Shown: positions 27,525-37,584 of the stretch, one piece after another
How positions within the stretch are numbered: the first letter of the stretch is position 1
Layout of the letters: every line of letters starts with the position of its first letter
Assembly: GCA_044224875.1 (NCBI GenBank)
Contig: JBGAJQ010000009.1
Span: 32,001 to 96,000 of the forward strand
Length of the DNA stretch: 64,000 bases
DNA from: Gemmatimonadaceae bacterium
GTDB lineage: Bacteria > Gemmatimonadota > Gemmatimonadetes > Gemmatimonadales > Gemmatimonadaceae
Reading direction: 5' to 3'
Notes under the pieces: generated by a model
Seen by the model: only the letters and a program-made list of their open reading frames with translations
The model's database searches: none
What the model was told of the DNA's origin: nothing
Translations under genes and position numbers: made by a program

Positions 27525-28817
27525 CTAGAAGACGCCGAGACCCGGCTCGGGTTCGCTGGAGTAGCCGACCGCGACGACACCGGTGGGGGATACGGCACGG
27601 ACCGGCCGTCTCGCTCCCTTGGCCTCATACATCGCCCGGTCGGCGGCCTGAATGGCTTCGTCCAACGTGTCACGCGAGTCATACGGTGCGCAGCCGTAGC
27701 TCACGCGCACCGGGAGGAGGATGCCCGCGTAGGACAGTGTTGCACCTGCGGCAAGTGCGCGGTCCATGATGCTCCGCGCGCTGACTTCGTCCGCTCCAGG
27801 GAGAATGACGAGAAATTCGTCGCCCCCCCATCGATACAGTGCGTCATCCGCGCGCAGGACGTTGGACACGGATTGCGACACGTGGCGAAGCAGGGAATCG
27901 CCCGCCGTGTGACCGAGGGAATCGTTGATGGGCTTCAGGTGATCGACGTCGATGATGGACACGATGCCGTTCACCTTCATGGCGGCCTCGAGTCCCATCC
28001 CCTCGGAGAAGGCCTGACGGTTGAGCGCCCCAGTGAGCGGATCGTACATCGCCGCGCGTCGCAACGCAGCATGCGCCTCTTGCAGGCGCGCGTGCGCATC
28101 GCGCGACTCCTGCGTGGTGCGTTCCATCAACACGGTTACCATCGCATACGCCATCAGCGTCTGCAGGATCGCGTCGAAGTACGAGTTGAAACGCGGGATC
28201 CAGGAGAGCCACGCCTTGAACAGATCGAGTGCTGTGAGGCTGAACGTTGCGCCATAGGCAGCCCATAAGACGGCGTGTGCGCCAAAGGCTACGGCGAGGA
28301 GCGCCGTGCCCGTCGAACGGCGGTGCGGTGGGGCGCCCAGTAGCGTGAACGCGCTGATCGTAAAGGCGGGCACCGCCAGCGCGCTCTGTACAATCATTAT
28401 GCCGTTGAGCGGTGTGACCGTCGCTACTGCAACTGTTGCAACGGTCAGTGCGGCGAGGCCGACTTGCGATGTTGAGGGCACCTTGGCATCCGGCGTACGA
28501 AGCAGGCGCGTTCCCGCGACCAGAAGCGCCAGAAACCAGAGCTTGCCCGTCGCATACGTCAGATACAGCAAGCGGACGGCGACGTCGCGGTCGGGGCGCC
28601 GCCAGAGGTTGAGCCCGTCGCCGAGTTGGGAGTAGCGCAGCGAGACGGCGGCGATCGCGACCGCGAGCACCAGCCAGGCGTTGGTCCAGTAGCGAAAGTG
28701 TGTGGCGGCGCGCTGTTCGGCGGACAGCAACAACATGAGCAGCAGGATGAGCACGATGCTCCCCAGCTGCGTCAGGGCTCCGGCGAGCCCGAGTGCGACG
28801 ATGGTGTCCGCTGACAT
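27525..28817 (-). CDS. Membrane-bound diguanylate cyclase (about 7 TM + GGDEF)
   Basis: 'DPLTGALNR', 'DVDHLKPINDSLGHTAGD', RxxD I-site 'RADD' five residues before 'GGDEF'. Confidence 0.92.
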   Translation of the reverse strand: MSADTIVALGLAGALTQLGSIVLILLLMLLLSAEQRAATHFRYWTNAWLVLAVAIAAVSLRYSQLGDGLNLWRRPDRDVAVRLLYLTYATGKLWFLALLVAGTRLLRTPDAKVPSTSQVGLAALTVATVAVATVTPLNGIMIVQSALAVPAFTISAFTLLGAPPHRRSTGTALLAVAFGAHAVLWAAYGATFSLTALDLFKAWLSWIPRFNSYFDAILQTLMAYAMVTVLMERTTQESRDAHARLQEAHAALRRAAMYDPLTGALNRQAFSEGMGLEAAMKVNGIVSIIDVDHLKPINDSLGHTAGDSLLRHVSQSVSNVLRADDALYRWGGDEFLVILPGADEVSARSIMDRALAAGATLSYAGILLPVRVSYGCAPYDSRDTLDEAIQAADRAMYEAKGARRPVRAVSPTGVVAVGYSSEPEPGLGVF

Positions 28818-29175
28818 TTAAGTAGTTGTGGGGCCGAGACGTTGGCGACCGTCCACGCGCCCAGAACGATGACGAGTGCACCAATTGCGCCGTCACACGG
28901 TTCCCCCCCCGGGCCGTGGTGATCCCGCGGGTGAACCGGGCGGCCTCGCGCACGGCCGCGGGGTGGTGCCCGAAGGTGGGGTGACGTCGGACCCGGGCAG
29001 CGCTGCCGTGGCGGTGCTTCACGCGGCACACCGGCGCATGTGGCAGTGGCCCGTGCGATTCGGAGGGATGCGATGCCGAGGTGTCATGTGGGGGCGACGA
29101 CACGTGATGTCGACGTGCGAATTGCTGCGGCCCCGTTCCGCACGAGTTGCGCCTTCGTCACGAAACCAGGACGTA

Positions 29176-29193
29176 TGCAAGTACGTACTTGCA
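29176..29193. promoter_or_regulatory. Putative TetR operator
   Basis: Perfect 18-bp palindrome TGCAAGTACGTACTTGCA immediately upstream of the tetR start. Confidence 0.75.
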
Positions 29194-29197
29194 CGCC

Positions 29198-29848
29198 ATG
29201 ACGCGTCCGACTACTCATTCGAGCCCTATGATCAGCCGCGAAAAACTTCTTGAAGCTGCTGCGCGCGTCTACGCGGAAGCGGGATTCCGCGGTTCCACGA
29301 CGCGACGGATTGCGGAAGAGGCCGGAGTGAACGAGGTCACGATCTTCCGGCTCTTCGGTTCCAAGGGAGCGTTGCTGGAGGAGGCGATTCGGCATTTCGC
29401 ACCCAGCAGTACGGCCGCCCTGCTGCCGAATGTCCCCGTGGATCCGCAGTCGGAGCTGACGGCTTGGGCGACCGTGCAGCTCAATTTCCTGCGACGCCAT
29501 GGCGGCATGATCCGTAAGGCCATGGCCGAAGTGGAGGAAATGCCCGAGATGGGAACCCAGACGTGTGAAGGCTGTATGCGCGGACACACGCAGTTGCGCC
29601 GATACGCCCGCAAGCTGGCCGAGCGGTGGGGGCACGCGCGCGACGTGGACATCGAAGCGGCCGTCGCCATGCTCCTCGGTGCCATTCTCTCCGATGCCAT
29701 CGCGCGCGACGTCATTCCGGCGGGCTTCCCGCCGGCGAACAAGGCTGCAGCCGCCTATGTCCGCGTCTTCCTGCGCGCCATGGGTGCGCCCGCCATCGGC
29801 AGCACGCCGCGGCGCCGGACCGCCACCCGCCTGACGGCACGAGCCTAA
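29198..29848 (+). CDS. TetR/AcrR family regulator (alternative start 29228)
   Basis: 'LLEAAARVYAEAGFRGSTTRRIAEEAGVNEVTIFRLFGSK' HTH. Confidence 0.92.
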   Translation: MTRPTTHSSPMISREKLLEAAARVYAEAGFRGSTTRRIAEEAGVNEVTIFRLFGSKGALLEEAIRHFAPSSTAALLPNVPVDPQSELTAWATVQLNFLRRHGGMIRKAMAEVEEMPEMGTQTCEGCMRGHTQLRRYARKLAERWGHARDVDIEAAVAMLLGAILSDAIARDVIPAGFPPANKAAAAYVRVFLRAMGAPAIGSTPRRRTATRLTARA

Positions 29849-29866
29849 CGAACCCAAGGGGACTCC

Positions 29867-31540
29867 ATGAACCACATATTCTCGCGCTTCACTCTTTCTG
29901 CCGCCGTGCTGGCCATAGCGCCAGCCACGCCCTTGAGTGCGCAGGGCGGCCGTTCGCTCACTTTGGACGAAGCACTGCGCATTGCCAGCGCGCAAAGCGA
30001 GGCCGTACGCATCGCGCAGGCCGGCGTGCTGCGAGCCCAAGGGTTGCAGGTGCAGGCCCGCTCTCAGTACCTGCCGCAAATCTCGGGGACGGCCACCTAT
30101 ACGCGCACGCTCAAGTCGCAATTCGAAGCGCTACGCTCGTCCGCGCCGACGCCCCCGCCCACGGTACCGCCGGTACCGCCGCACGACACCACCACCTACT
30201 ACACCCCCTGCACGCGATACCTCGCCGGCGGCAGCGCCACGGAGACGGAGAAGATTCAGGGGCTGGAGCGGTTCGCCGCGTGCTCGGCATCGGGAAGCGG
30301 TGGGATCGACTTCTCCAAGGTTGGCTTTGGATCAGCGAACCAGTATTCGTTAGGCCTGACCGGATCACTCACCGTGTACAGCGGTGGACGCGTGCAGGCC
30401 CAGAATCGGGCGGCAGAAGCGGGACGTCGCTCGGCGGACGTCGAGGTCGCGTCCCAACGCGCCAAGCTCGCCCTGGACGTGACTGAGTCGTACTTCGACG
30501 CGGTGCTCGCCGATCGGTTGGTGGCGATCGCCGAGTCCTCGCTCACACAGACAGAAAGCGTGCTGAAGCAGACCCAGATCGCCCGACAGGTCGGGAATCA
30601 GTCGGAGTTCGACCTGCTGCGCGCCCAGGTGTCCCGGGACAACCAGATGCCGCAGGTGATCAATGCGCGCACGAGCCGTGACTTGGCGTACCTGAAGCTG
30701 AAGCAGCTGCTGAACATATCCTATGCAGAACCTGTGAGTCTGACTACCACGCTGGCCGATGACAAGTCATTGGTGAGTCTGACGGCGAGCGAACTTCAGC
30801 CGGCCACCGCCAGCCCAGACACCTCGGTGGACAACCGGGCACCGGTGCGTCAGGTGATCGAGGCCATGCGGGTGGAGGAGGCGAACCTCGCCGGCGCCAA
30901 GTCCGAGTGGTTGCCAACGATCACGCTGTCGTCGCAATACGGACGCGTGGCGTTCCCTTCGAGTGGGGCGCCCAGCTGGTCGAACTTCCTGACCAACTGG
31001 ACGGTCGCCATCGGCGCCTCGCTGCCCCTGTTCACGGGAGGACGGACGAGGGGAGAGAAGATGGTGGCCGAAGCCGGGCTGCGTGATGCCCAGGCGCGGG
31101 TCGACCAGACCCGAGAGCTCGCGGCGCTGGATGCCCGGCAGGCCATCGCGCAGCTCGAACAGTCGCAGGCGGCCCTGTCGTCGTCCATGGGCACGGCGGA
31201 GCAAGCGGCGAAGGCATACACCATCGCGGAAGTGCGGTACCGCGAGGGGATCTCCACGCAGATCGAGTTGAACGATGCCCGCATCCTGTTGGAGCAGGCA
31301 TCGGCGAACCGCGCCTCAGCCGTTCGAAACCTCCAGGTTTCGCGAATGCGTTTGGCGCTCCTGAAGGACCTGCCGCTCGGTGTGGGCGGGGTGCAGGTGC
31401 AATCGCTCGGTGGTGCGGCCGCGGCCGCGGCAACGAGCGGGAACGGCTTTGGTGGCAGTATTGCGCCGAACGGCAGTGGCACACGGAGCGCGTCGCAGCG
31501 CGCCGCGGCGGCAGCTGCAACATCGACTATCCCCCAATAG
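29867..31540 (+). CDS. TolC-family outer membrane efflux protein
   Basis: Signal peptide, 'LTLDEALRIA', two OEP repeats, 'YREGISTQIELNDA'. Confidence 0.9.
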   Translation: MNHIFSRFTLSAAVLAIAPATPLSAQGGRSLTLDEALRIASAQSEAVRIAQAGVLRAQGLQVQARSQYLPQISGTATYTRTLKSQFEALRSSAPTPPPTVPPVPPHDTTTYYTPCTRYLAGGSATETEKIQGLERFAACSASGSGGIDFSKVGFGSANQYSLGLTGSLTVYSGGRVQAQNRAAEAGRRSADVEVASQRAKLALDVTESYFDAVLADRLVAIAESSLTQTESVLKQTQIARQVGNQSEFDLLRAQVSRDNQMPQVINARTSRDLAYLKLKQLLNISYAEPVSLTTTLADDKSLVSLTASELQPATASPDTSVDNRAPVRQVIEAMRVEEANLAGAKSEWLPTITLSSQYGRVAFPSSGAPSWSNFLTNWTVAIGASLPLFTGGRTRGEKMVAEAGLRDAQARVDQTRELAALDARQAIAQLEQSQAALSSSMGTAEQAAKAYTIAEVRYREGISTQIELNDARILLEQASANRASAVRNLQVSRMRLALLKDLPLGVGGVQVQSLGGAAAAAATSGNGFGGSIAPNGSGTRSASQRAAAAAATSTIPQ

Positions 31541-31599
31541 CGCCGACGATGCCCATCTTGACGCAATTCCTACACGAAGACACTCGGGAGACTTCCTCC

Positions 31600-32727
31600 A
31601 TGTCAGGTTTCTATCGCTTTGCTCGACTGCTCCTGCCGGCGTTGGCGGTCGCCGCATTCACGGGATGCGGGGACTCATCGTCGGACGCGCGCGCGGAGAG
31701 TACATCACCCGCGGCCGCGGTCGGCCCGGAGAATGTGGTCACCGTGGGGTCGGCCGAGTTGTGGAGCGGGCCCACGATTTCCGGGTCCATTCAACCGGAG
31801 CGCGACGCGACCTTGCGTGCCCAGCTCGGTGGGCCGGTCCTCGCCGTGCTGGTGGACCAGGGCACGCCCGTGCGATCGGGTCAGGTGCTGGCGCGCGTGG
31901 ACGATCGGTCGGTCCGCGACGCCTTCCTGTCGGCTCGGTCGGCCTTTACGACGGTCGAGAACGCCGCCCAGCTTGCGGCCCGTGAGCTACAACGTGCCGA
32001 ACGCCTGAACGCGTCGGGGGCGATCGCCGACCGCGACCTGGAACAGGCGCGATGGAACAACACATCGGCGCAGTCGCAGATGGCAGATGCCCAGGCGCGA
32101 CTGACCTTGGCCCAGAAGCAGCTGGACGACGCGCAGGTGCGGTCACCGTTCAGTGGTATCGTCGGCGCCAAGATGGCTTCCACCGGCGATATCGTGCAGC
32201 CCGGCACGGCAATGTTCAGCGTCGTGGACCCGAGCTCGATGCGACTGGAGGCGAGCGTGCCAGCGTCGCAGCTGACGACAGTCAAGACCGGAGCGCCGGT
32301 CTCGTTCACCGTCAGTGGGTATCCGGGGAAGAGCTTCACGGGCAAGGTGACGCGGATCAAGCCGATCGCCGATCAGGCCACTGGGCAGGTGGGTATCACG
32401 GTGTCGATCCCCAACGCGAAGGGCGTGCTCGTTGGCGGATTGTTCGCCGAGGGGCGGGTGGGGAGCGCACGGCGCGAAGGCATGGTGGTACCGGCCAATG
32501 CGGTCGACATTCGCGGGCTCAAGCCCAGCGTGTTGCGGCTGCAAGGCGGGAAAGTCGAGCGTGTCGAAGTGGAGGTCGGCATCAAGGATGAGGAGTCTGA
32601 ACGCGTTGAAGTCCTGAAGGGATTGGCGCGTGGCGACACGCTACTGATTGGCGCGGCGCAGGGCCTGACGCCGGGAACGGCGGTTCGCGTGACTGCGCCA
32701 TCGGATCGTCCCGTCACCAAGAACTGA
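31600..32727 (+). CDS. RND efflux periplasmic adaptor (MFP) lipoprotein
   Basis: Lipobox 'FTGC', 'VRSPFSGIV', 'VVPANAV', 'VLKGLARGD'; GGGAG RBS upstream. Confidence 0.9.
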   Translation: MSGFYRFARLLLPALAVAAFTGCGDSSSDARAESTSPAAAVGPENVVTVGSAELWSGPTISGSIQPERDATLRAQLGGPVLAVLVDQGTPVRSGQVLARVDDRSVRDAFLSARSAFTTVENAAQLAARELQRAERLNASGAIADRDLEQARWNNTSAQSQMADAQARLTLAQKQLDDAQVRSPFSGIVGAKMASTGDIVQPGTAMFSVVDPSSMRLEASVPASQLTTVKTGAPVSFTVSGYPGKSFTGKVTRIKPIADQATGQVGITVSIPNAKGVLVGGLFAEGRVGSARREGMVVPANAVDIRGLKPSVLRLQGGKVERVEVEVGIKDEESERVEVLKGLARGDTLLIGAAQGLTPGTAVRVTAPSDRPVTKN

Positions 32728-32752
32728 TCGCTAACCACGGGCAAACTCTCGT

Positions 32753-35700
32753 ATGCTTATTTCAGATTTTGCGATCAAGCGACCGCTCATTACGGTCGTC
32801 GCGATGCTGACCCTCGCCGTGTTCGGGGTGTTCGCATTGTTCAAGCTGCAGACTGACGAGTTCCCGGACGTGGCACCGCCGGTGGTTACCGTCGGGCTGG
32901 TGTACCCCGGGGCGTCGCCCGACGGGGTCGAGCGCGAGGTGCTCGACCCGATCGAAGAGGCCCTGTCGGCCATCTCGGGCGTAAAGAAGGTCCTGGGCTC
33001 GGCGCAGGACGGGTTCGCCTCGATCATGGTCGAGTTCCAGTTCGACAAGCCGCTGCAGGAAGCGACGCAGGATATTCGCGACGCGATCTCCGGCATCCGA
33101 ACGGACCTTCCAACCGAGATGGAAGAGCCGATCATCAAGAAGTTCAACGACACCGATCGGCCGATCGTCTCGCTGGCCCTGTCGTCCAATGGGCTCACGT
33201 CAGGCGAGCTGACGCGGCTGGCGGATCCGGGGATGACGCGTGAATTCCGCTCGATCCCAGGGGTGGCCGAAGTGGAGGTGCCCGGAAAGGTCGAGCGGGA
33301 GCTGACGGTGCAGATCAAGCCCGAGGCGCTGCAAGCCGCTGGCATTGGCGTTTCGCAGGTGGTGCAGGCGTTGCAGCTGCAAAACCTCGCCGCCCCGGTC
33401 GGGAGCATCAAGGGATCCTTGGATGAGAAGTCGATCCGGTTGAAGGGCCGGTTGAGCACACCCGAGGAGTTCGCACAGATCGTGGTGGTGGAGCGCAATG
33501 GCCAACTCGTCCGGTTGGGTCAGGTGGCCGACGTCCTCGACGCGACAGAAGAGGCACGCACCGGTGCCCTGTTCAACGGCCGAGAGGCCGTCGGCATCGA
33601 CATCAAGAAGTCGGCGGGTTACAGCACCACGACCGTCGCTGCGCAGGTGCTGGCCCGTGTGGAATCCATTCGGACGGGACTTCCCACCGGCACCACGCTG
33701 GACGTCGTGAAGAACAGCGGCGAGCGGGTCGAGCACTCGGTGAGCAACGTAAAGGTCGCACTGCTCGAAGGGGCGCTGCTGACCGTGTTCGTCGTGTTCC
33801 TGTTCCTGAATTCCTGGCGGTCGACGGTCATCACGGGGTTGGCGCTGCCGGTTTCCGTGCTGGCGTCCTTCATTGCCGTCTGGGCGATGGGGTTCAAGCT
33901 GGAGACCATGTCGCTCCTGGGCCTGTCGCTGGCGATCGGTATCCTGATTGACGACGCGATCGTGGTTCGAGAGAACATCGTGCGGCACGTGGAGATGGGT
34001 AAAGACCACTACCGGGCCGCGCACGATGGCACGGACGAGATTGGTCTGGCGGTTGCTGCCACGACCTTCTCGATCCTGGCGGTCTTTGTGCCGATCGGGT
34101 TCATGCCGGGGGTTGGTGGTCAATGGTTCAAGCCGTTTGCGCTGACGATCGCGTGTTCCGTGGCCGTTTCCCTCTTCGTGTCGTTCTCGCTGGACCCGAT
34201 GCTCTCCGCGTATTGGCCGGACCCACATCGCGCCGAGCATGAGAAGTGGTGGATCACCAGACAGCTGGACAGGTTCAACCACTGGTTCAACCGACAGGCG
34301 CAGAACTACAAGCGGGTCATCGCGTGGGCGCTCGACCATCGCGGCGCCGTGGTGGTGATCGCCCTGGGAAGTCTGTTTGGCGCGTTCACGCTGCCGACGA
34401 AGGGTCTGCCCGGGTTGGCCGTCGCCACGCTCGGGTTGGGGCTCGCGCTCTTCATCATGTCCAAGTCCACGCGCTGGTATGTCCGCTTGGTCGGTGTGGC
34501 GGCTGGTATCGCGCTGGCCGTGTTCCTGATGCCCATGGTGCCGAGTTTCCGGAACGTTGGCTTCGGGTTCGTGCCCGAGGATGACCAATCGGAGATCAAT
34601 GTCACGGTGGAAACGCCGCCGGGTTCCAACATCGAGTACACTCGGCTGAAGGTGGATGAGGCCACACGGATCGTAAAGTCGCACAAGGAGGTGCGCTACA
34701 CCTATGCCACGTTAGGCGGTGGCGTCGGCGGCGCCGTGGACAAGGCATCGTTATACGTGAAGCTGGTTCCGAAGAACGAGCGATCGATGACGGTGACGCC
34801 GTTTGCGGCCATCGTCCGTCGCGAGATGGGTGCCATTGCCGGCGCCAACGTGTCGGTGTTGGCGGCCGACTGGGGTGGTGGCCGCAAGCAAGTGCAGCTC
34901 GAGATTCGCGGCAACGATCCCGTGGTGCTGAACAACTTTGCCCAGGACGCGTACAAGGCCGTGAAGACCGTGCCGGGGGCGGTGGACGTCGGGTTGTCGT
35001 CCAAGGGCCAGCGCCCTGAGTTGAACGTGGACCTGAACCGTGGGCTGGCCAACTCGTTAGGACTTACTGTTGGTCAGATCGCCCAGGCACTGCGTCCGGC
35101 CTTCGCTGGCATCGACGCCGGCGACTGGGTGGACCCCAGTGGAGAAACCCGAGACGTGGTGGTCCGTCTGTCTGAGGACGCTCGTCGGCGCGCATCTGAC
35201 CTGCGCCAGTTACCCTTGGTGGTCCTCGGTCCGAACCAGGCGCCCGCCACACTTCCCTTGGGGCAGGTGGCCAACATTACCGAGGGAATCGGGCCGGCGG
35301 TCATCAATCACCTGAACCGCGATCGAAATGTCATGATCGAGTTCAACATCGACGGCCGATCGATGGGAGAAGTGACGAACGACGCCCTTGCCAGTGTGTT
35401 GAAACTGGGGCTCCCGAATGGTATCCGCGTGAACAAGGGCGGTGAGGCAGAGCAGCAAGGAGAGGTATTCGGGCAAATCTTCTTTGCCTTGGGCGTGGCG
35501 ATCATGCTGATGTACCTGATCCTCGTCATGCAGTTCGGTTCCTTCATCGATCCGCTGGCGATCCTGCTGTCGCTGCCGTTGTCGTTGATCGGCGTGTTCC
35601 TCTCGTTGTCGATCACGGCCAACACGATCAACATCATGAGCCTCATTGGCGTGATTCTGCTGATGGGTATCGTGGCCAAGAACGCCATTCTGCTCATCGA

Positions 35701-36046
35701 CTTCGCCAAGTGGGCGCGTGAGGAACGCGGTGTGCCACTTCGCGATGCGCTCATCGAGGCGGGTTCGATCCGCTTGCGCCCCATCCTCATGACCACCTTC
35801 GCACTCATCGCCGGTATGATCCCCGTCGCGATGGGTCGGGGTGAGGGCGCGCAGTTCCGTGCGCCAATGGGCATCGCGGTCATCGGCGGCGTGGTGACTT
35901 CCACCGTCCTCACGCTGCTGGCGATTCCCACGTTCTACGAAATTCTGGACGAGTGGCGTACGGCTCTGGGTCGCAAGTTTGGATTCCGAGTCAAGCAGCA
36001 GACTGCCGAGCATCGCGTGCCGCTGGGCGCTGTGGCCGGCGACTAG
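32753..36046 (+). CDS. RND efflux permease (AcrB/AcrD/AcrF family)
   Basis: 'GILIDDAIVVREN', 'GIVAKNAILLIDF', 'RLRPILMTT'. Confidence 0.95.
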   Translation: MLISDFAIKRPLITVVAMLTLAVFGVFALFKLQTDEFPDVAPPVVTVGLVYPGASPDGVEREVLDPIEEALSAISGVKKVLGSAQDGFASIMVEFQFDKPLQEATQDIRDAISGIRTDLPTEMEEPIIKKFNDTDRPIVSLALSSNGLTSGELTRLADPGMTREFRSIPGVAEVEVPGKVERELTVQIKPEALQAAGIGVSQVVQALQLQNLAAPVGSIKGSLDEKSIRLKGRLSTPEEFAQIVVVERNGQLVRLGQVADVLDATEEARTGALFNGREAVGIDIKKSAGYSTTTVAAQVLARVESIRTGLPTGTTLDVVKNSGERVEHSVSNVKVALLEGALLTVFVVFLFLNSWRSTVITGLALPVSVLASFIAVWAMGFKLETMSLLGLSLAIGILIDDAIVVRENIVRHVEMGKDHYRAAHDGTDEIGLAVAATTFSILAVFVPIGFMPGVGGQWFKPFALTIACSVAVSLFVSFSLDPMLSAYWPDPHRAEHEKWWITRQLDRFNHWFNRQAQNYKRVIAWALDHRGAVVVIALGSLFGAFTLPTKGLPGLAVATLGLGLALFIMSKSTRWYVRLVGVAAGIALAVFLMPMVPSFRNVGFGFVPEDDQSEINVTVETPPGSNIEYTRLKVDEATRIVKSHKEVRYTYATLGGGVGGAVDKASLYVKLVPKNERSMTVTPFAAIVRREMGAIAGANVSVLAADWGGGRKQVQLEIRGNDPVVLNNFAQDAYKAVKTVPGAVDVGLSSKGQRPELNVDLNRGLANSLGLTVGQIAQALRPAFAGIDAGDWVDPSGETRDVVVRLSEDARRRASDLRQLPLVVLGPNQAPATLPLGQVANITEGIGPAVINHLNRDRNVMIEFNIDGRSMGEVTNDALASVLKLGLPNGIRVNKGGEAEQQGEVFGQIFFALGVAIMLMYLILVMQFGSFIDPLAILLSLPLSLIGVFLSLSITANTINIMSLIGVILLMGIVAKNAILLIDFAKWAREERGVPLRDALIEAGSIRLRPILMTTFALIAGMIPVAMGRGEGAQFRAPMGIAVIGGVVTSTVLTLLAIPTFYEILDEWRTALGRKFGFRVKQQTAEHRVPLGAVAGD

Positions 36047-36077
36047 TTCTCCGGTCCGTTCCGGGAATCGCGAAGGA

Positions 36078-36112
36078 AACGGTCGCGTCGACATGCTGTC
36101 GGCGCGACCGTT
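36078..36112 (+). terminator. Hairpin after the RND operon
   Basis: AACGGTCGCGTCGACA-TGC-TGTCGGCGCGACCGTT, 16-bp stem with one G-U pair; weak U-tail. Confidence 0.55.
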
Positions 36113-36278
36113 AGTGTTCTGTCAGCGAACGAATAAGCGTATGAAGGGTGACCGGCGATTGCCGCTTACAGCGACGCCGCACAGGGTTCAGGTATCGTGA
36201 TCGATGCACGCACGTTGGCAGTGTTGATTTGAGTCTGCGGAAGAAGCGCCTCTCGAGCCCATTCACGTAACGGCGACT

Positions 36279-36935
36279 GTGTTGTTTTCGAAGGCCCTCC
36301 TGATTGTTGTCGCGGCGAAGCCCCTCCTGGCCAAACTGGAGGCGTTTTGGGCGTACGTGACACTCGGGGCGTCGGCGATCGTCACCGAGGAGTTGGCGCC
36401 ACTGGTCGGTGGGTTCGCCGCCGAGCAAGGGCATTTGGGCTTTACACGTGCCGCTCTCGCGAGCGCCGTAGGGGTGTGGGTGGCGACGTGTCTGCTCTAC
36501 TTGATAGGTCGGTGGCGGGCCGCGTGGGTTCGCCTCAAGCTGCGTCGGTCCCCGCCCGTCGTGAAGAAGTTGTTGCGGGCCATGCGATGGAACCCGTGGC
36601 GTAGCACGATTCTGGCACGGTTCATTTTCGGCGGTCGGATTGCGGTGCCGCTGGCCTGCGGCGCGGCGCACGTGCCGTTGCGGATCTTCCTGACCGGGAG
36701 TGCGATTGCGGCGGCCGCGTGGTCCCTCATTTTCACCGCGTTAGGCTGGTTCTTCGGAGAAAGCGCCGTGCTCCTGGTTGGTCACGTCCGCCGATACGAG
36801 GACGAGTTGGTGTTGCTATTGATCGCCATCGCCCTCGCGGCGTTCCTCTGGCTGCGCCGGCGACAGACGAAGGCGGTCGCCGTGGAGGCGCAAGCGGCGG
36901 AGCAGGGTACAGGTCCCGGCTCCGGCAGCAGTTGA
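36279..36935 (+). CDS. DedA/VTT family membrane protein
   Basis: 'EELAPLVGGFAA', 'LYLIGR', 'ARFIFGGRIAVPLACG'. Confidence 0.85.
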   Translation: MLFSKALLIVVAAKPLLAKLEAFWAYVTLGASAIVTEELAPLVGGFAAEQGHLGFTRAALASAVGVWVATCLLYLIGRWRAAWVRLKLRRSPPVVKKLLRAMRWNPWRSTILARFIFGGRIAVPLACGAAHVPLRIFLTGSAIAAAAWSLIFTALGWFFGESAVLLVGHVRRYEDELVLLLIAIALAAFLWLRRRQTKAVAVEAQAAEQGTGPGSGSS

Positions 36936-37102
36936 CGGGCCACTCCCGGTCGATGACGTCGCACGAGGCATGGGAGCATTGGCATCGCGTGGCAAAATGC
37001 CGCATCGTCTGACGGCCTTACGATCGGTTCATCACTTCTCGTCGGGGAGGTGAATCGGGGAGCGTGTGTGAAAGGGAGAACCATTGTTCCGAGGGCCAGG
37101 TC

Positions 37103-37561
37103 ATGAAGGGAATGCGCGGTATTCGAATCCTTGTTGGCGTCGGCATCGTTGGCGCGTGCGCCGTGTCGTGCAGCTCCGCGGTGCAGAGCCCTGTTGGGCC
37201 GCTCCAGTACGCGTCGGCGACGCCATCGTGCGGTCCCGCCGACGGGCCGGCGGTTGCGATCCTGCTATCTGGGAATCCAGATGTGACGTCGGCGTACCCA
37301 TCGTATCCGCTGGTGCGGGTGGCGATCTGGCGATCCCTGTCGGAGGCGCGTGGCAAAACCGTGCAGCTTGTCGGCGACAACGGCTTTGCAGCGTATTCGC
37401 GATCTGCGGATGACATCGTCGGTGCAACGCGCGGGTCTGTCACGATCGACGCGGGCACGGAGGCGGTGACGGGGACCGTCGACTTGACGTTCCCCAATCG
37501 AGAGCCTGTTCGTGGTCGGTTTTCGGCGGTGTGGATCGAGCGCCAGATACTCTGCGGGTAG
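37103..37561 (+). CDS. Hypothetical lipoprotein
   Basis: Signal peptide with 'AVSC'; 'CGPADGPAV'; C-terminal 'FSAVW...LCG'. Confidence 0.6.
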   Translation: MKGMRGIRILVGVGIVGACAVSCSSAVQSPVGPLQYASATPSCGPADGPAVAILLSGNPDVTSAYPSYPLVRVAIWRSLSEARGKTVQLVGDNGFAAYSRSADDIVGATRGSVTIDAGTEAVTGTVDLTFPNREPVRGRFSAVWIERQILCG

Positions 37562-37584
37562 TCGTTAGGCCGCGCCGATCGCTG

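Noticed and set aside
28818..29170. GC-rich intergenic region as a possible riboswitch, sRNA or small ORF upstream of the diguanylate cyclase
   Set aside because: I could not recognise any riboswitch consensus (including c-di-GMP) or a convincing ORF by eye. An Rfam/Infernal scan would be needed.
27844..30121. Long alternative ORFs 27844-29103 (-) and 29084-30121 (-), and many similar antisense ORFs across the window
   Set aside because: They overlap well-supported genes, have Arg/Pro/Ala-biased composition and no recognisable motifs; expected in high-GC DNA.
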